A stretch of 41,427 nt of DNA from Hyphochytrium catenoides. Its lineage: Eukaryota; Protista; Hyphochytriomycota. This document shows, in pieces, positions 23,026 through 34,234 of the stretch. Under the pieces are notes generated by a model that worked only from the letters and a program-made list of their open reading frames with translations, had not been told where the DNA came from and did not search any database. Position numbers and translations under genes: made by a program. Each line of letters begins with the position of its first letter. The stretch's first letter is position 1. The stretch spans positions 1 to 41,427 of the forward strand of contig FLMG01000614.1 of assembly GCA_900088475.1 (NCBI GenBank). Reading direction: 5' to 3'.

Positions 23026-23738
23026 CAAGCGTCCGGAGGACTTGACAATCCATGATTTTAGCCGTGGCCTCCCCACCCACGGCCTTTGACATCTCAGTAT
23101 TGGGCCCACTGCAAAAAAAAAAAACTCTATTATACACCGTGCAGCGGTTAATTGTGGATATCAATTGGCTCAGGTTGCGAAACAGAAGAATAGCAACAGG
23201 TACATTGCTCTCTCTGCAAGTAGTCAATGCCATCTCTGCATGCGCATTCCGTTCACGAAGTGGTCCGCCACCAATCCTGAGCAAAGACAGCAAGTTTTCC
23301 GTCATCGCGCACTGCTGAGAGAGATCTTTCTTGCTCTTCATGAAGCCGCTCTGACGGTTTTCATCACTGGCGGTCCATCCCCGTTCTCTGGAGCTATCCA
23401 GGGGAGCTGTCATTCCTGCTCCTCTGCTGCTGCTTTTCTCGCCTTTCTCCATCACTCTGTCTCCACCGCTGCCACCCCTCACATCTCTCCCTCTCCTTGT
23501 TCGGCACTAATGAGATTCTTTCCTTCTCACAGATTTTTGAGGAGGGCTCTCAGCCTGCCCCCTCTTCCCCTGCAACGATACGCTGGCTTCTGCTTCCTCT
23601 CCTGATCCCTCCTCGCGGCCAACCGGAGGGTGGGGCGGTGGTGGTCTAGTTACGGTTCGTTGGTTCAGTGTATCTTTCTCTTTATTATAGCTGCTTGTAT
23701 TAGCTTTGGTAAATTTCTTGTCGTCGAGTTCTGATCTC

Positions 23739-26087
23739 TTATGAAGACGTCTCAAAGCTATCAAAGCTTGCATATCTTTTCTCGACCTTGGTGTCGAACC
23801 GTTTTGGCATAGTTGTTTCCCTCTCCATAAACTTAAGAGGAACTAGTGCTAATGTAATAATTGGGGCAAAGGGCAATGTAATTGCCGCCAAAGGCAAGGC
23901 AAGGATGTTAAATCCTGCAGTTTTGGTCCCTGTTTGCACATTTTTCCTTAAATTGTTCCTTCCGTTCCATCCTTTGATTGCTGTCAGCAGCTCTGCCAAC
24001 CTGGCTGCTTCCTCCGATGGAAGGAGCTTTTGAAAGATTTCGGCAGGACTTATTCCATATCTGGACTGAAATGCTTTGACGACCTTGATAAACAGTTTGA
24101 CTTCTGCCGCAAAGTCCTTCAGATCTTCGCCGGGAGACTTAAAAAAGCCGTCGGGGAGCTTTCCTTCTTTGAGTGCAGGGTAAGTCTCTGTCAATCTCAC
24201 AAAGGCTGGTTCTATGAATGTTGTGCGCAGGTAGTTGAGGAAGCCTAGCTGGAATAGCCAGTCACCTTCTACTGGTTTGACGTCAACGGAGGGTTTATAC
24301 CGAAGGCGAAACTTTCCTGGTTTCTCTTGAGTGCCTACCATGCCATCATAGAACTTTCTAATCTCTTGAACCGCTCCCATGCTTGGCCCCTCCTTCTGGA
24401 ACAGTTTGAGGAGAGAAACGAACTGATCTTCTAGTCTACACGCTTCTGTGTATGACTTTAGAAATTCCCCTAGATAAGCAAGCGTGGACTGATCTAAAAC
24501 GTCGTCCAGAGGAACATGTTTCGTTGTTGCCAGCAGCTTCTTTCCGAGAGAGGCACTTTCCGTTGGCTGCAGCTTCATTTTAAAAGGCTCCATCTTCTTT
24601 TCCTGAAAGATGCCTGTATAGCTCTCTTTAAGTCTGTCATGCAGAAGTTGAAGCTGTGATCCCAGACCACTACTTTGTAGCAGCTCCTCTGGAGTGGCGA
24701 CATCTATTGGTATCAGATCCGAGCTGAGCTCCCCATCTATCCTATGGATAGTGTTTTCAGCATCACTCTGCTTGCCTTGTAGGTTCACCAATTCCTTATA
24801 ATAATCTCCTTCCGCATAAACTTTAGCTTGACGGAGCAACTGGATGTTGGTGAGAGCTTGTTCAGGAGACAAGATTTCTTCTCTTTCAGAAAACTTGAGA
24901 AAGTAGTCTCTGAGGGTTTGCGAAACTGAGGCGACGTTCTCCCTTATTAGCACACCATCCGTAGTAGATTTTTTAGGCGGTGTTCGTTCGAGGGCAGAAA
25001 TAAAGACCCATCCGAACTGTGTATACACACCTAGATCCATAGCTTCCTTCTCCCGATACCACTTCATAGCTTGCTGAACATTGCCTAGCACAGCGTCTGC
25101 TGCATCTTGCTTGATCAATCTTGAAGAAGCATCGGGTCTCACTTGATCATCGGCCATTCTGAGGACCTGGATAACCTCCACTAAAGGATGGAAGGTGGCT
25201 TCAGCGCTGGTGGCTTCAGCGATAGCAGGGTCCTGCTTGATAAAGTCCTGCTTCATCAAGCCCAGAACGACGAGGTCGTTCATAGCTTCAATAGCGTCTT
25301 TCCAAAGTGACTTCTCGTACCTTCCGTAACGAAGATACACTAGATCAGGAAGGAATTCTTCGGGAACCCGGTCAATAAGTTCCCTAACCTTGGAAACCAA
25401 GTTCATATTGATTGCTGGAGCATCTAAGATGCTGCAAAGCGACTCCGCCAGGGTCGTGTACAATCGTTCTTTGTGTGCTTTGTCTCCTTCGTTTATAAAG
25501 ACTTTGTTTTGCAGTTTTTTGACCTGTTTCAGGATGGTACGGATCAACTCTCTTCCTCTATAATACATCGGGTTGCCGGAATACAGCCTGTCTAGCGTGT
25601 CAAGTCGATTCTCTAATTCTTGAACCCTAGTGTTAGTGTTCAATCGTTCAGAACCACTGGTAGTCCTTGAGAGAGCTGTAGTAGCTCTAGCTGGTGGTGG
25701 AGCTCTGTTATTCGCACCACCTGAATGCACGTTCCTTAGCTGCGGCTTGCCTGGTGGTGCCTTTAATGCCTTCTTGTTCCCTGTTGGAAGGCGAATAGCT
25801 GGTAGTCGCCGTCGAGACTTTGACATGAGATTCCATTTGGGTGAAGATGTAGAAGAGGAGACTATCCCTAGTGCTGGTGTGACCTCTTTACTTTCTGTCG
25901 TCAACCAATTAGGGGCTCGTCCTCCTCCCGGCAGCAGGAACTGGTGCTGAAGACCGCTGACAGCATTATTACAGCAAACGCCAGAGATGTAGAGTACGAT
26001 CGCCATATCCACAAGCAGTAACCTCAAGAATAGTAGCAGGAATGAGCGCCCCAAAGGCTGGGAAAGTACGAAGCTTCTCATTGTCAT
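23739..26087 (-). CDS. Orphan, largely alpha-helical protein (782 aa) with N-terminal signal-like and C-terminal hydrophobic segments, effector-like
   Basis: 2.35-kb uninterrupted, microsatellite-free ORF with first ATG at 26087 (second at 26081). Hydrophobic N-terminus, SRRRLP motif, basic Pro-rich linker and C-terminal FNILALPLAAITLPFAPIITLALVPL. I recognise no domain. Confidence 0.85.
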   Translation of the reverse strand: MTMRSFVLSQPLGRSFLLLFLRLLLVDMAIVLYISGVCCNNAVSGLQHQFLLPGGGRAPNWLTTESKEVTPALGIVSSSTSSPKWNLMSKSRRRLPAIRLPTGNKKALKAPPGKPQLRNVHSGGANNRAPPPARATTALSRTTSGSERLNTNTRVQELENRLDTLDRLYSGNPMYYRGRELIRTILKQVKKLQNKVFINEGDKAHKERLYTTLAESLCSILDAPAINMNLVSKVRELIDRVPEEFLPDLVYLRYGRYEKSLWKDAIEAMNDLVVLGLMKQDFIKQDPAIAEATSAEATFHPLVEVIQVLRMADDQVRPDASSRLIKQDAADAVLGNVQQAMKWYREKEAMDLGVYTQFGWVFISALERTPPKKSTTDGVLIRENVASVSQTLRDYFLKFSEREEILSPEQALTNIQLLRQAKVYAEGDYYKELVNLQGKQSDAENTIHRIDGELSSDLIPIDVATPEELLQSSGLGSQLQLLHDRLKESYTGIFQEKKMEPFKMKLQPTESASLGKKLLATTKHVPLDDVLDQSTLAYLGEFLKSYTEACRLEDQFVSLLKLFQKEGPSMGAVQEIRKFYDGMVGTQEKPGKFRLRYKPSVDVKPVEGDWLFQLGFLNYLRTTFIEPAFVRLTETYPALKEGKLPDGFFKSPGEDLKDFAAEVKLFIKVVKAFQSRYGISPAEIFQKLLPSEEAARLAELLTAIKGWNGRNNLRKNVQTGTKTAGFNILALPLAAITLPFAPIITLALVPLKFMERETTMPKRFDTKVEKRYASFDSFETSS

Positions 26088-26192
26088 TGCAAGGGTACAG
26101 GTAATGGAGCCAATTGGAATCAAACTTTGATAGCTTCCCTATGGACGTGGTAGTGCTTATTGTCGGACATGCAGTCACGACGTAGAACAAGG

Positions 26193-26208
26193 AAGTTTCG
26201 AAGTGAGA
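26193..26208 (-). promoter_or_regulatory. INR+FPR-like core promoter
   Basis: The minus strand reads TCTCACTTCGAAACTT, 14/16 identical to the box at 4051-4066. It lies 106 and 112 nt upstream of the two candidate ATGs. Confidence 0.6.
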
Positions 26209-26821
26209 AGATTGAGGGAGTCCTTCCTTTTCTTGCCTCTTTTGCTTGTGATTGCAGGGCTGCCCGCACCATCCGGCGGCTGGTGCTTAAGTCGGAAGTA
26301 GCATGAACATTCAAATAGTGCCATAGAACACCATGATCCTGCTTACTGCCTATTATGACTGCTAACAACACCCGCCCTAGAAAGTCAGCGGTTCTTCCAA
26401 AACGTCTATAACTGACAATGTGTCCTCAGTGATCAAATTCTAGGTCGTACTTGTAGCCAGCTTGATGATGCGGGCGGAAAGGAAGTGGCCGCAGCAGTTG
26501 TACAGTAGCCTCACGAGGCCGAGCCTCTGTCTGCCTCGGTCGAACGTAGATCTTCCTCATGCTGTTCTCACATCAATAGCTAATGGTTAGCCCAGTGGTT
26601 GGCTCATATTTTGGTGCGACTCCTCAGACGTCCTTCTTCCTAGAAGTGCGACCCAGTTTTTCTATGGGTCCGACTTCTCGTGCTCTTTCTCGCTACGACG
26701 CAAATCTAACCCGACTATCGGAGGAGAAGGCACAACAGAACTGGACCGCACAGCTGGAAGACGCCTTTTTCATCAAATAACAACACTATAGACGCGATCT
26801 AGGATAGAAAAGTCAACGTTA

Positions 26822-27541
26822 TTTTGCTGAGCGTAAGCGAAGTGTCTAGTGGATAGGGCATGAGCCCTCCCAATAAATTGTCAAAAGCCAAGCACAGAAA
26901 AGCAATGTCCAGCAAAGAAAGACAGAGAGAAAGCACAAACACACAAAGAAAGGGAGAGGGGAGAAAGGGAGAAAGGGAGACTTCAAAAAAAAAGGCAAAT
27001 GATGTGTGTATGTATGTATTGTATGTATGTATGTATGTATGTATGTATGTGTATGTGTCACTCTAACCCTCAAAGCCAAGCAGAAAAAAGAAATGCAGAA
27101 ACCCAAAGAAAGACAGCGATCGGTCAGAAACAGTAGTTAAGAGCCAAGCACAGAGAGGCAGTGCACACCAAAGAGAGAGGGACCACACAACACACTGCTT
27201 CCAAAAAAAAGGCCAAGGCTATCACGAAAAACAAAGGATGGCCTAGTTCCAGTGCTCACATAACGCGATAGAACTTAGAACAAACACTCAGCGCTAATGC
27301 TAAAAGGCTGTAATTTTTTAGAAAAGTTATCCTAAAAGGAACTACGCAGTACCAAGAACATCAAAGAGCAGGTGGTCACATCAGCAGTGAATGAACAAGC
27401 AAGAAGCAACAAGGGCAGTAGCAGCCCAACAAGCATTAACCAAGCCAGGCAACTACTGTAACAGAAGGAGCAAAGCAGCGCAATGTGGCAGCTCGCTTAC
27501 GCTCAGCGCCATCCATCCCGTCGCGCAGCGACGGGTCCTAA
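26822..27541 (+). mobile_element. Candidate non-autonomous Helentron-like element (HINE/DINE-1 architecture)
   Basis: TTTT, then a 15-bp perfect inverted repeat GCTGAGCGTAAGCGA (26826-26840 and 27493-27507). Internal (TATG)n and diverged internal repeats. 3' GC-rich hairpin CCCGTCGC-gca-GCGACGGG at 27517-27535. No TSD. Confidence 0.55.
27008..27056. repeat. (TATG)n microsatellite
   Basis: Visible tetranucleotide run, the only one of this type I saw in the window. Confidence 0.95.
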
Positions 27542-29250
27542 GAATATTGGGGCGACCAGAGAGGTTCAGCAGAGAGACCTTCGTTCCAGAACTCGACCGA
27601 ATTGCTGTTTGTCCTTCCTTTATGAAGCGTGGGAAAGTATTATGCCCTTGGCCAACAGGACAAGCGTCTCAACTCCAGGAATGAGTATGTGTGTGGTAGA
27701 GAATTACAGTACAGATTCCCATGTTCTCTTGCAAACGTTTAGTGCGCAATTCTCGAGTTAGCTATACATTAAGACAGACAGGTGAAACTGCTTCCCCACG
27801 ATCCCCTGCAACAGTGCGCATTTGTCCACACAAAGGAACCCTGTGAGTTGCCAAATTGCATAGGGTTTTACCCTCCTTAGCGAGTTAGGATTAGCTGGCA
27901 AACGCACTACCAGAGGTAGGTACGCTTTCGTCAATGAAGTTCTACCTACCTATTTCTGACGCACAGACCGCACATGATAAGAGCGCTATCCTGAACAACC
28001 TCAGACAAGACCAACAACTTTGTTTATTTAGACGACAGATAAAGTTCGCACAAGGTGGAGAGCCGTAGATCAGTCACAGGGTCTAACTGACATCCTGCAG
28101 TTCTACCACTTTGTTCTTGTTCACTTGCCGTCATACAGATTTATAAAATAGGGCGGCCAAGGGCCCACATGATACACGCGACAGCGGGGCCTGTTAGTTA
28201 TTATTACTTAGTCGTTTGTTTTCGGGATCAAGGGGTGGGAGCGGTTCTATCTCTGAACAGTTGTCCGCACCCTCGCTTTCATCCATCGTCAGCCGGCCTT
28301 TCGCGTGTGTTGGACACCCCCTCTGTGGAACCCAGAAGCGAGGTAGGTAGAGCAACTGACGAAGCTGGTATTCTACGATTTTATTGACTGCCTGCCTGTC
28401 CTATACCACCAGTGGGAACTGCTACGTATTATTAGAGAGTACACAGTGTAAAACGGTAGTAGGATGAAGGGATGGAACTAGCACAGAACACGGTAGAAGT
28501 TCTACTTGATTATACGGAAGAGTTCTACGAGGTCTCTACGACCAGATTGTAAGAGGATGGACGGAGAGTTGATGCCATCAAAGCATCCGGTCCCAATATC
28601 TGTACTAATAATAACAATCAGTAAAATAGAGTATAATCCATAATCCCTATCTCGCTGAGCTGGAGTGCCCGTACTGGCTCTCTCTGACTCCCAGAACGTA
28701 GAACTACTGGCTCTTCTTCAGGTTCTTCCACCATCATAAAACTATAATAAGAGGGAGGAGTTGGTAACAAAGTGGTTCTAGCGGTGCTTACGTACAAATC
28801 AATCTTTATTATTAGGGAGAAAAGGACTTCCAAGGGCCGGTAGGATGAGGAGATTAGAGAGCTTACTAACTAAGGCAGCACTTGGGAGTTCTGGGCTAGT
28901 TCTATGCCAACATGAAGTCCAAAGATACGATCCACTATCGCAGCGGCGTCCAGCAGAAAAGAAAGAAAATAAGGCCCAGGAGGTAAAAGTTGTAGAGAAG
29001 AGATGAACTTTTTTCTCTCCTGGAAAGAAATGCAGGAAGACTATCCCCATTTTTTTCAGCGGGGGTACTCGTACCTGTAGGAAAGATGTGTTCTGACTCT
29101 GCCTGCTGCCTAGCATGGAGAGAAACTCTGGCACGTTTGGACTCCTGATCTCTTCCGACGGAGCCCGACTAGACTCTGCTGTTTTAGTATGAAGAATGAC
29201 ATTGTTTCTCAACATGAAGCTTGAGAAGCGGAGGAAACAGGAGGAGAGAG

Positions 29251-29476
29251 GAGCTCGAAAGAAGCAGATCTGCGCGCATCAAAAGCAGCACGATGGGAAA
29301 GATTTGAGGAGAAGATGCGTGTCTGTTACTCTTCTCTCCTTTTCTCTATCCCTCTCTCTCCACTCCATGGTCGCGTTCCTCCTTTTTCACTGACTGTGTC
29401 CTCTGGGTCTTCTTCCCTTCCTTCTTTCTCTCTGTCCTTCTCTCATTCTAGACTCTGCAAGTAATAGGGGCCCTTT
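29251..29476. repeat. Diverged dispersed repeat, copy 2 (copy 1 at 15110-15396)
   Basis: Same collinear blocks as copy 1. Confidence 0.65.
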
Positions 29477-29671
29477 CCCTTCCCGCTTATTTTCTCCTTT
29501 CTCCTCCTCTCTCTCCCTCTTCCCCCTATTTCTCTCTCTCTACCCAGAAGCCGGCTTTAGGTGGGCTGGACGACTCTGCCCGTCGATACGCCGTTCGGCT
29601 AGATAAGCTAAGGAAATGGAGAAGAAGATCACATCAGCGGCCGTCTGTCTCTCTTTTTCCAGGGCTCACTA

Positions 29672-31186
29672 CTAAGGCTGAGTAAATGGCTTGATACTCG
29701 CCCGACTGACCGCCTCCAGGCTCTTCTTCTTCTTCTTCTCCTCCTCCTCTCTTTCTCTCTCTCTTCCCTTCTTCTTCTCCACCAAGAGGATGCGGCTCTT
29801 AATAAAAAGACAGCCATTCGGACGGCGCCAGCTTCCATAGACTAGTCGCGCAGAAAGAATCACTAGCGTTAGCCCGCGATTGAGACAGAACTCATTGACA
29901 GACAGCTCTCCCCATCCTCTCTCTCTCTCTTCTTCTCTCTCTCCTCCCCCGCTGCTCCTCTCCTCTGATGATGGTGATACATTCACAATGCCTTGCGTGA
30001 GGCTGAAGCGGTAGTCCTGCATCTCTGGATATAGACGCAGCGAGAAGAGAGAGACAGCGACGCTAACAGAGAGAAGGCTCGTGATAAAGAACTGCAGACC
30101 GATCTTTCTGTCCGCAGCGGGGATCGCGTCATAGAAAAGAATAGAGATCCACCAGAGAGTCGCGCCAAACAGCGCCAAGAGAGATGGCAAACTAGACAGA
30201 ACGAGGGCAGACGAGCTAAAAAACAGGAGAACTTCGGCGCAGAGATATTGGAACTCAAAGACAGGGAGAATCAGGCGAAGAAGCCTAACTCTTATCCTTG
30301 AGAGACGGTAGAGAAGGGTGGGACCCACGCCAAACAGGATATGGACGATCCCTAGGACGGTCCGCATGGACAAGTCCAGTCCTGGGAGAGGGAGGACGCC
30401 TAGGGCGCCGAAGAGGCTTCCATTGACAATGATAACGATGAAAGGCCGAAGGCGCCAATAGAGCCACTCCCACCTGGACCACCAGCGAGAGAAAGAGCGT
30501 CCAAAGAGCTTTTCCATGACAGTCAAGTTGAGATCTTCCTCCGTGAGCTCTGTGTACGGATGAAGAGCTAAGAGAGCGCCCTCTTGGCACTTTCGCTGTG
30601 AGAAGACGGAGGGAGAGCGAGAAGAAGAGGGAGAAGAAGAGGGAAAGAGAGAGCGAGAAGGAGAGAGATCGGCCGGTCTTCTCTCTCCGTCTTCCTGCCT
30701 TTCTCTTCCTTTTTCTCTTTCTTCTTTTCCTCGTCTTTCCCCTACTTTCTTTCCTCCCTGAAGGGTAATAGCACTTTCTACTGCTGGCTGCTTTGGAGCT
30801 TTTTCTCTGTTCTTTCCTTCTTCTCCTTGTCCCTCTCTCTCTCTTTCTCTCTTCTCATCATCAGCTTCTCTTGGTATTCTTTTCTCTCTTCCCTCTGGAG
30901 AGAAAGCTGGTGAGGAACAGAATGCGGAGGAGAGGTGTGAACCAGGGCCACTCTGTGCTGTGTCTCTCTCTTCTATTCTGCCCTCATCGTTTGCCAGCAG
31001 GAGCATCTCTATCTCTTGTTTCAACTCTAAAAGAGAGCTCTTACTCACTCTGTCTAGCGTGGAGAGAATGCGCAAGTGGCCTAGGAGAGAGTGAGAGAGA
31101 TTGACGATAGCGCCAGAAGAGAGCAAATGATCGACTTCCTCTTTTGAAGATCTCCTCCTGATGTTTGAAGAGAGAGGAGATAGCAT
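29672..31186 (-). CDS. Multi-pass membrane protein of unknown function (504 aa)
   Basis: ATG-to-TAG ORF with a low-complexity N-half. The C-half has about 6-7 hydrophobic segments and motifs LLRLILPVFEFQYL, FYDAIP and LTLVILSARLVYGSWRRP, which recall uncharacterised oomycete membrane proteins (recollection, not searched). Confidence 0.75.
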   Translation of the reverse strand: MLSPLSSNIRRRSSKEEVDHLLSSGAIVNLSHSLLGHLRILSTLDRVSKSSLLELKQEIEMLLLANDEGRIEERDTAQSGPGSHLSSAFCSSPAFSPEGREKRIPREADDEKREREREGQGEEGKNREKAPKQPAVESAITLQGGKKVGERRGKEEREKGRERQEDGERRPADLSPSRSLFPSSSPSSSRSPSVFSQRKCQEGALLALHPYTELTEEDLNLTVMEKLFGRSFSRWWSRWEWLYWRLRPFIVIIVNGSLFGALGVLPLPGLDLSMRTVLGIVHILFGVGPTLLYRLSRIRVRLLRLILPVFEFQYLCAEVLLFFSSSALVLSSLPSLLALFGATLWWISILFYDAIPAADRKIGLQFFITSLLSVSVAVSLFSLRLYPEMQDYRFSLTQGIVNVSPSSEERSSGGGEREEERERGWGELSVNEFCLNRGLTLVILSARLVYGSWRRPNGCLFIKSRILLVEKKKGREREREEEEKKKKKSLEAVSRASIKPFTQP

Positions 31187-32186
31187 CTTTCCCTACTTTC
31201 TAGTCCGATTTTCCTCGCTCAGCTGTTCTTTACCTTTACTTTCTCCTTTGTTCTTCTCTTCCTCCTAGCTCCTCTGCTATTCTCAATTCTCCGAGTGATC
31301 GAGCCGTAGAAGAGAGAGAGATTGAGAGAGGAGGAGAGGGGGGGAGCGAGAGAAAGCGAGAGAGAGAGAAGGACTGGGGTACGTGGAAAGAGGAGCTCGC
31401 TTCTCTTTTTTGGAAAGAAAGGGCTGCCGGTCCCTCTTTCTCTCTCGTTATCCTGTCTCTGCCGCTAAAGTTTGCTTCATCTTCTCGTCGGTGAAGGGCT
31501 GGAAAGCCGGCCAATCGCAGGTAAGGGGAGAATATAGTTGGAGCAAGAGGAAGACAGAGGCGACACTCAATTGACAGGAGCGGAGAGAGAGAGGAGCGGC
31601 GAGAGAGGAGGGAGGGACGGACGTGGAAACGATCGCGAAGAGATACGTCCAAACAAGTGGTAAGTAGTAGGAGAGGAAGAGAGAGAGAGAGTGAGTGCGA
31701 GAGATAAGAGAGACCGCGCGAAAGGTAAGATTATGAGAAAGAGAGAAAGAGAGAGAGAGGGACGACGGAAGCGAGGCCAAGACGGAGGGATTAAGGGGCA
31801 GAGTGTCCACCAGCAACGAGAAATGCGTATAGAGAGGCGGCCAACGGGGACAGCGCTACGCTGAAGGAAGAGATTGTGATCTTCTCCTGGCGTGCAGTCG
31901 GCCGCATGGACGTTTGGTCCATTCGAAGTGTAAGGCCAAGGGAGGGACAATGAGATAAGAGAAAAAAGAGAGGGAGAAAGAAGGGACAAAAGAGAGATAA
32001 TCAGTCTGGATGACGTCTCCTATTCTTTCCTTCTGGATTCTGTTAATAACAGATTCATGGTCTCCTTCTTTTCAATTATCCGGCTCCTCTGCATACGCCC
32101 CTTCCGCATCAGTCGTCCTTTCCAGTGCACCCTACACATTTCCTTACTGTCTCTCATTCTCCTCCCCTCATTTTTTTTCCTCTATT

Positions 32187-32274
32187 NNNNNNNNNNNNNN
32201 NNNNNNNNNNNNNNNNNNNNNNNNNNNNNNNNNNNNNNNNNNNNNNNNNNNNNNNNNNNNNNNNNNNNNNNNNN
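32187..32274. other. Assembly gap (88 N)
   Basis: Run of n characters. Confidence 1.
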
Positions 32275-32412
32275 GTCATCTTACAGCGGCTCTGCCATCG
32301 CAGAGAGGTGGGTCAGGCCGCCAGCCGTATTCCAACCAGCGAACAACCTCTGTCAGTCATTGGCAGAGGAGAACTAAACGCTGTCGGCTGTCTTAGTAGG
32401 AATATCCCCTAG
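32275..32412 (+). mobile_element. Possible 3' end of a CRE-like non-LTR element next to the gap
   Basis: Translation EQPLSVIGRGELNAVGCLSRNIP* loosely resembles the QRLSVALQRGNA..IL.R.P C-terminus of CRE-type ORFs. Confidence 0.3.
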
Positions 32413-32605
32413 AGATTTAGAGAGAGATGGCACTAGAGAGAGACGAAGGAGAAAGTGACAGAGATGGGAAGACACAGAGAACAGGAGAGACAGGGGAAAA
32501 AGGAGAATTGCCATAATACGGTGAGGAAATGGAGACAGAGGGAGAGGGAGCTATATATATATTATATATAGAATGAGAGAGAAAGAGAAAGAGAGAGAGA
32601 GAAAG

Positions 32606-32636
<31 letters not shown>

Positions 32637-33180
32637 GAGAAAGGCTTACGGCGTGTTAAGTGCACTTCTAACGATCTCATCAACTGACTGGCAAACAGTT
32701 AGGGTGAAACGGACAACTCAGATGTCCCCCTTGAGCTCAGTAGCGACTACCAACTCCGACAATTGGAGGTTTCTTGATTTCTCTTCCTCTCCTCCATATC
32801 TACAATAAATCATCAATTGTTTTATCTCTTTGGCCCTTTCTTTGAAAGAATCAGTGCTGACTCTATTATTCAGATTTTATGATATTTAGATGCGATTCTG
32901 TCAATTTATATAGAGTACATTCATAAAAAAGTATTCCTGTAAAGCATTTGAGAGGGGCAGTGAAAGGGAGGACAAAGTGGTGGGACATAGAGGGGGATAC
33001 AAAGCGAGACAGAGGCCCGTAGAGAGATAATTTGCAGATCTAGTTGTCTTATGATAACAATTAGAGTAAGAAAGAGATGGAGTCAGAGAGGAGGAGAGAC
33101 ACGCAGTCCAAACAGGTTTGTCGGTGAATTTTCCATTGGTCTCTTGCCATCCTTCCGTCCTGGATTCTTGGCATCTCCCT

Positions 33181-33232
<52 letters not shown>

Positions 33233-34203
33233 TCTCTCTCTTTCTCTCTTCTCTCTTCTCTCTCTTTCTCCCTCTCTCTCTTTCTCCCTCTCTCTCTCCC
33301 TCTCTCTCTTCGCCCATCTGTCTCTGTTGTGCTCCCCCTCTCTATCGCTTGCCGAAGCTTTCTTGTGTTGGCATCAGCGTCTGATTCTCTGCTTTCTGTT
33401 CTCTCTTTTCTCTCTCTTCCCCGTCTTCTCTCCTGATGCCTTGATCATGCCATTCATCTCATCATCCTCATTTCTCTCCCTTGTCTCTTGATAAAGCTCC
33501 TTCTCTCCTCTCTGTCTCCCTCTTTCTCTCTCTTTCTCTTTCTCTCTTTCTCACTCTTTTCTCTCTTCTTTCCTCCTGTTTGTTCCCTTCTTTCTACACT
33601 CCTCTTGAGTCCGTCCGTCTATGTCTTCGTCTCTTTTTCCTCCTCTTCTTTTCCTTTCCTTGTCATAGATGGTCGCCATGGCTTTGCTGTCTCCCACGTC
33701 CGACCATAACCTAGAAAGGAGATAAAAGAGAGGAGAGAGCCTGCGGAGAACGAGGTCAAAAGGAGAAAGAGAGAAAGAGAAAAAGAGATTCCGCTTGGAT
33801 GACGACATTATTTGTCCTTCCCTGAGTCTTTCGTGGTGGGATGAGAGGCCCTAGTCATAAACCTCCTGATGGCCAATGAAAGCAGAAGAGATCTTTGAGG
33901 AGGAGGGAGAGACTTTACAGAGAGGAAAAAGAGAAACGTCACAGAGAAAGAGAGAGAGGAATAGAGAAAAGAGAAACAAAGTGAGAGAAAGAGAGAAAGA
34001 GAGAAAGCGAGAGAGAGAGAAAGAGAAAAGGAGAGAGAGAGAGACAGAGGGAGACAGCTGATACATGTCCCTGACTTTGCGCTTCTGCTGTCCATTCTTC
34101 CGATGGAGGCGCGTGAGGCCAGCCATCCAACCGCCAAATCCGCGGTCTCTCCCTGCCCCTGCAGTCCCTTCAACCATTTGTCACCTTGCACTTCTGTTTG
34201 TCT

Positions 34204-34234
<31 letters not shown>

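Noticed and set aside
22440-23700. Protein-like minus-strand fragments downstream of the 782-aa gene
   Set aside because: Broken by stops and repeats, with no recognisable motif or consistent splice model.
26585-26680. tRNA/SINE-like A box (TAGCCCAGTGG) and B-like box (GGTGCGACTCC)
   Set aside because: The boxes are only about 14 nt apart and no cloverleaf can be formed.
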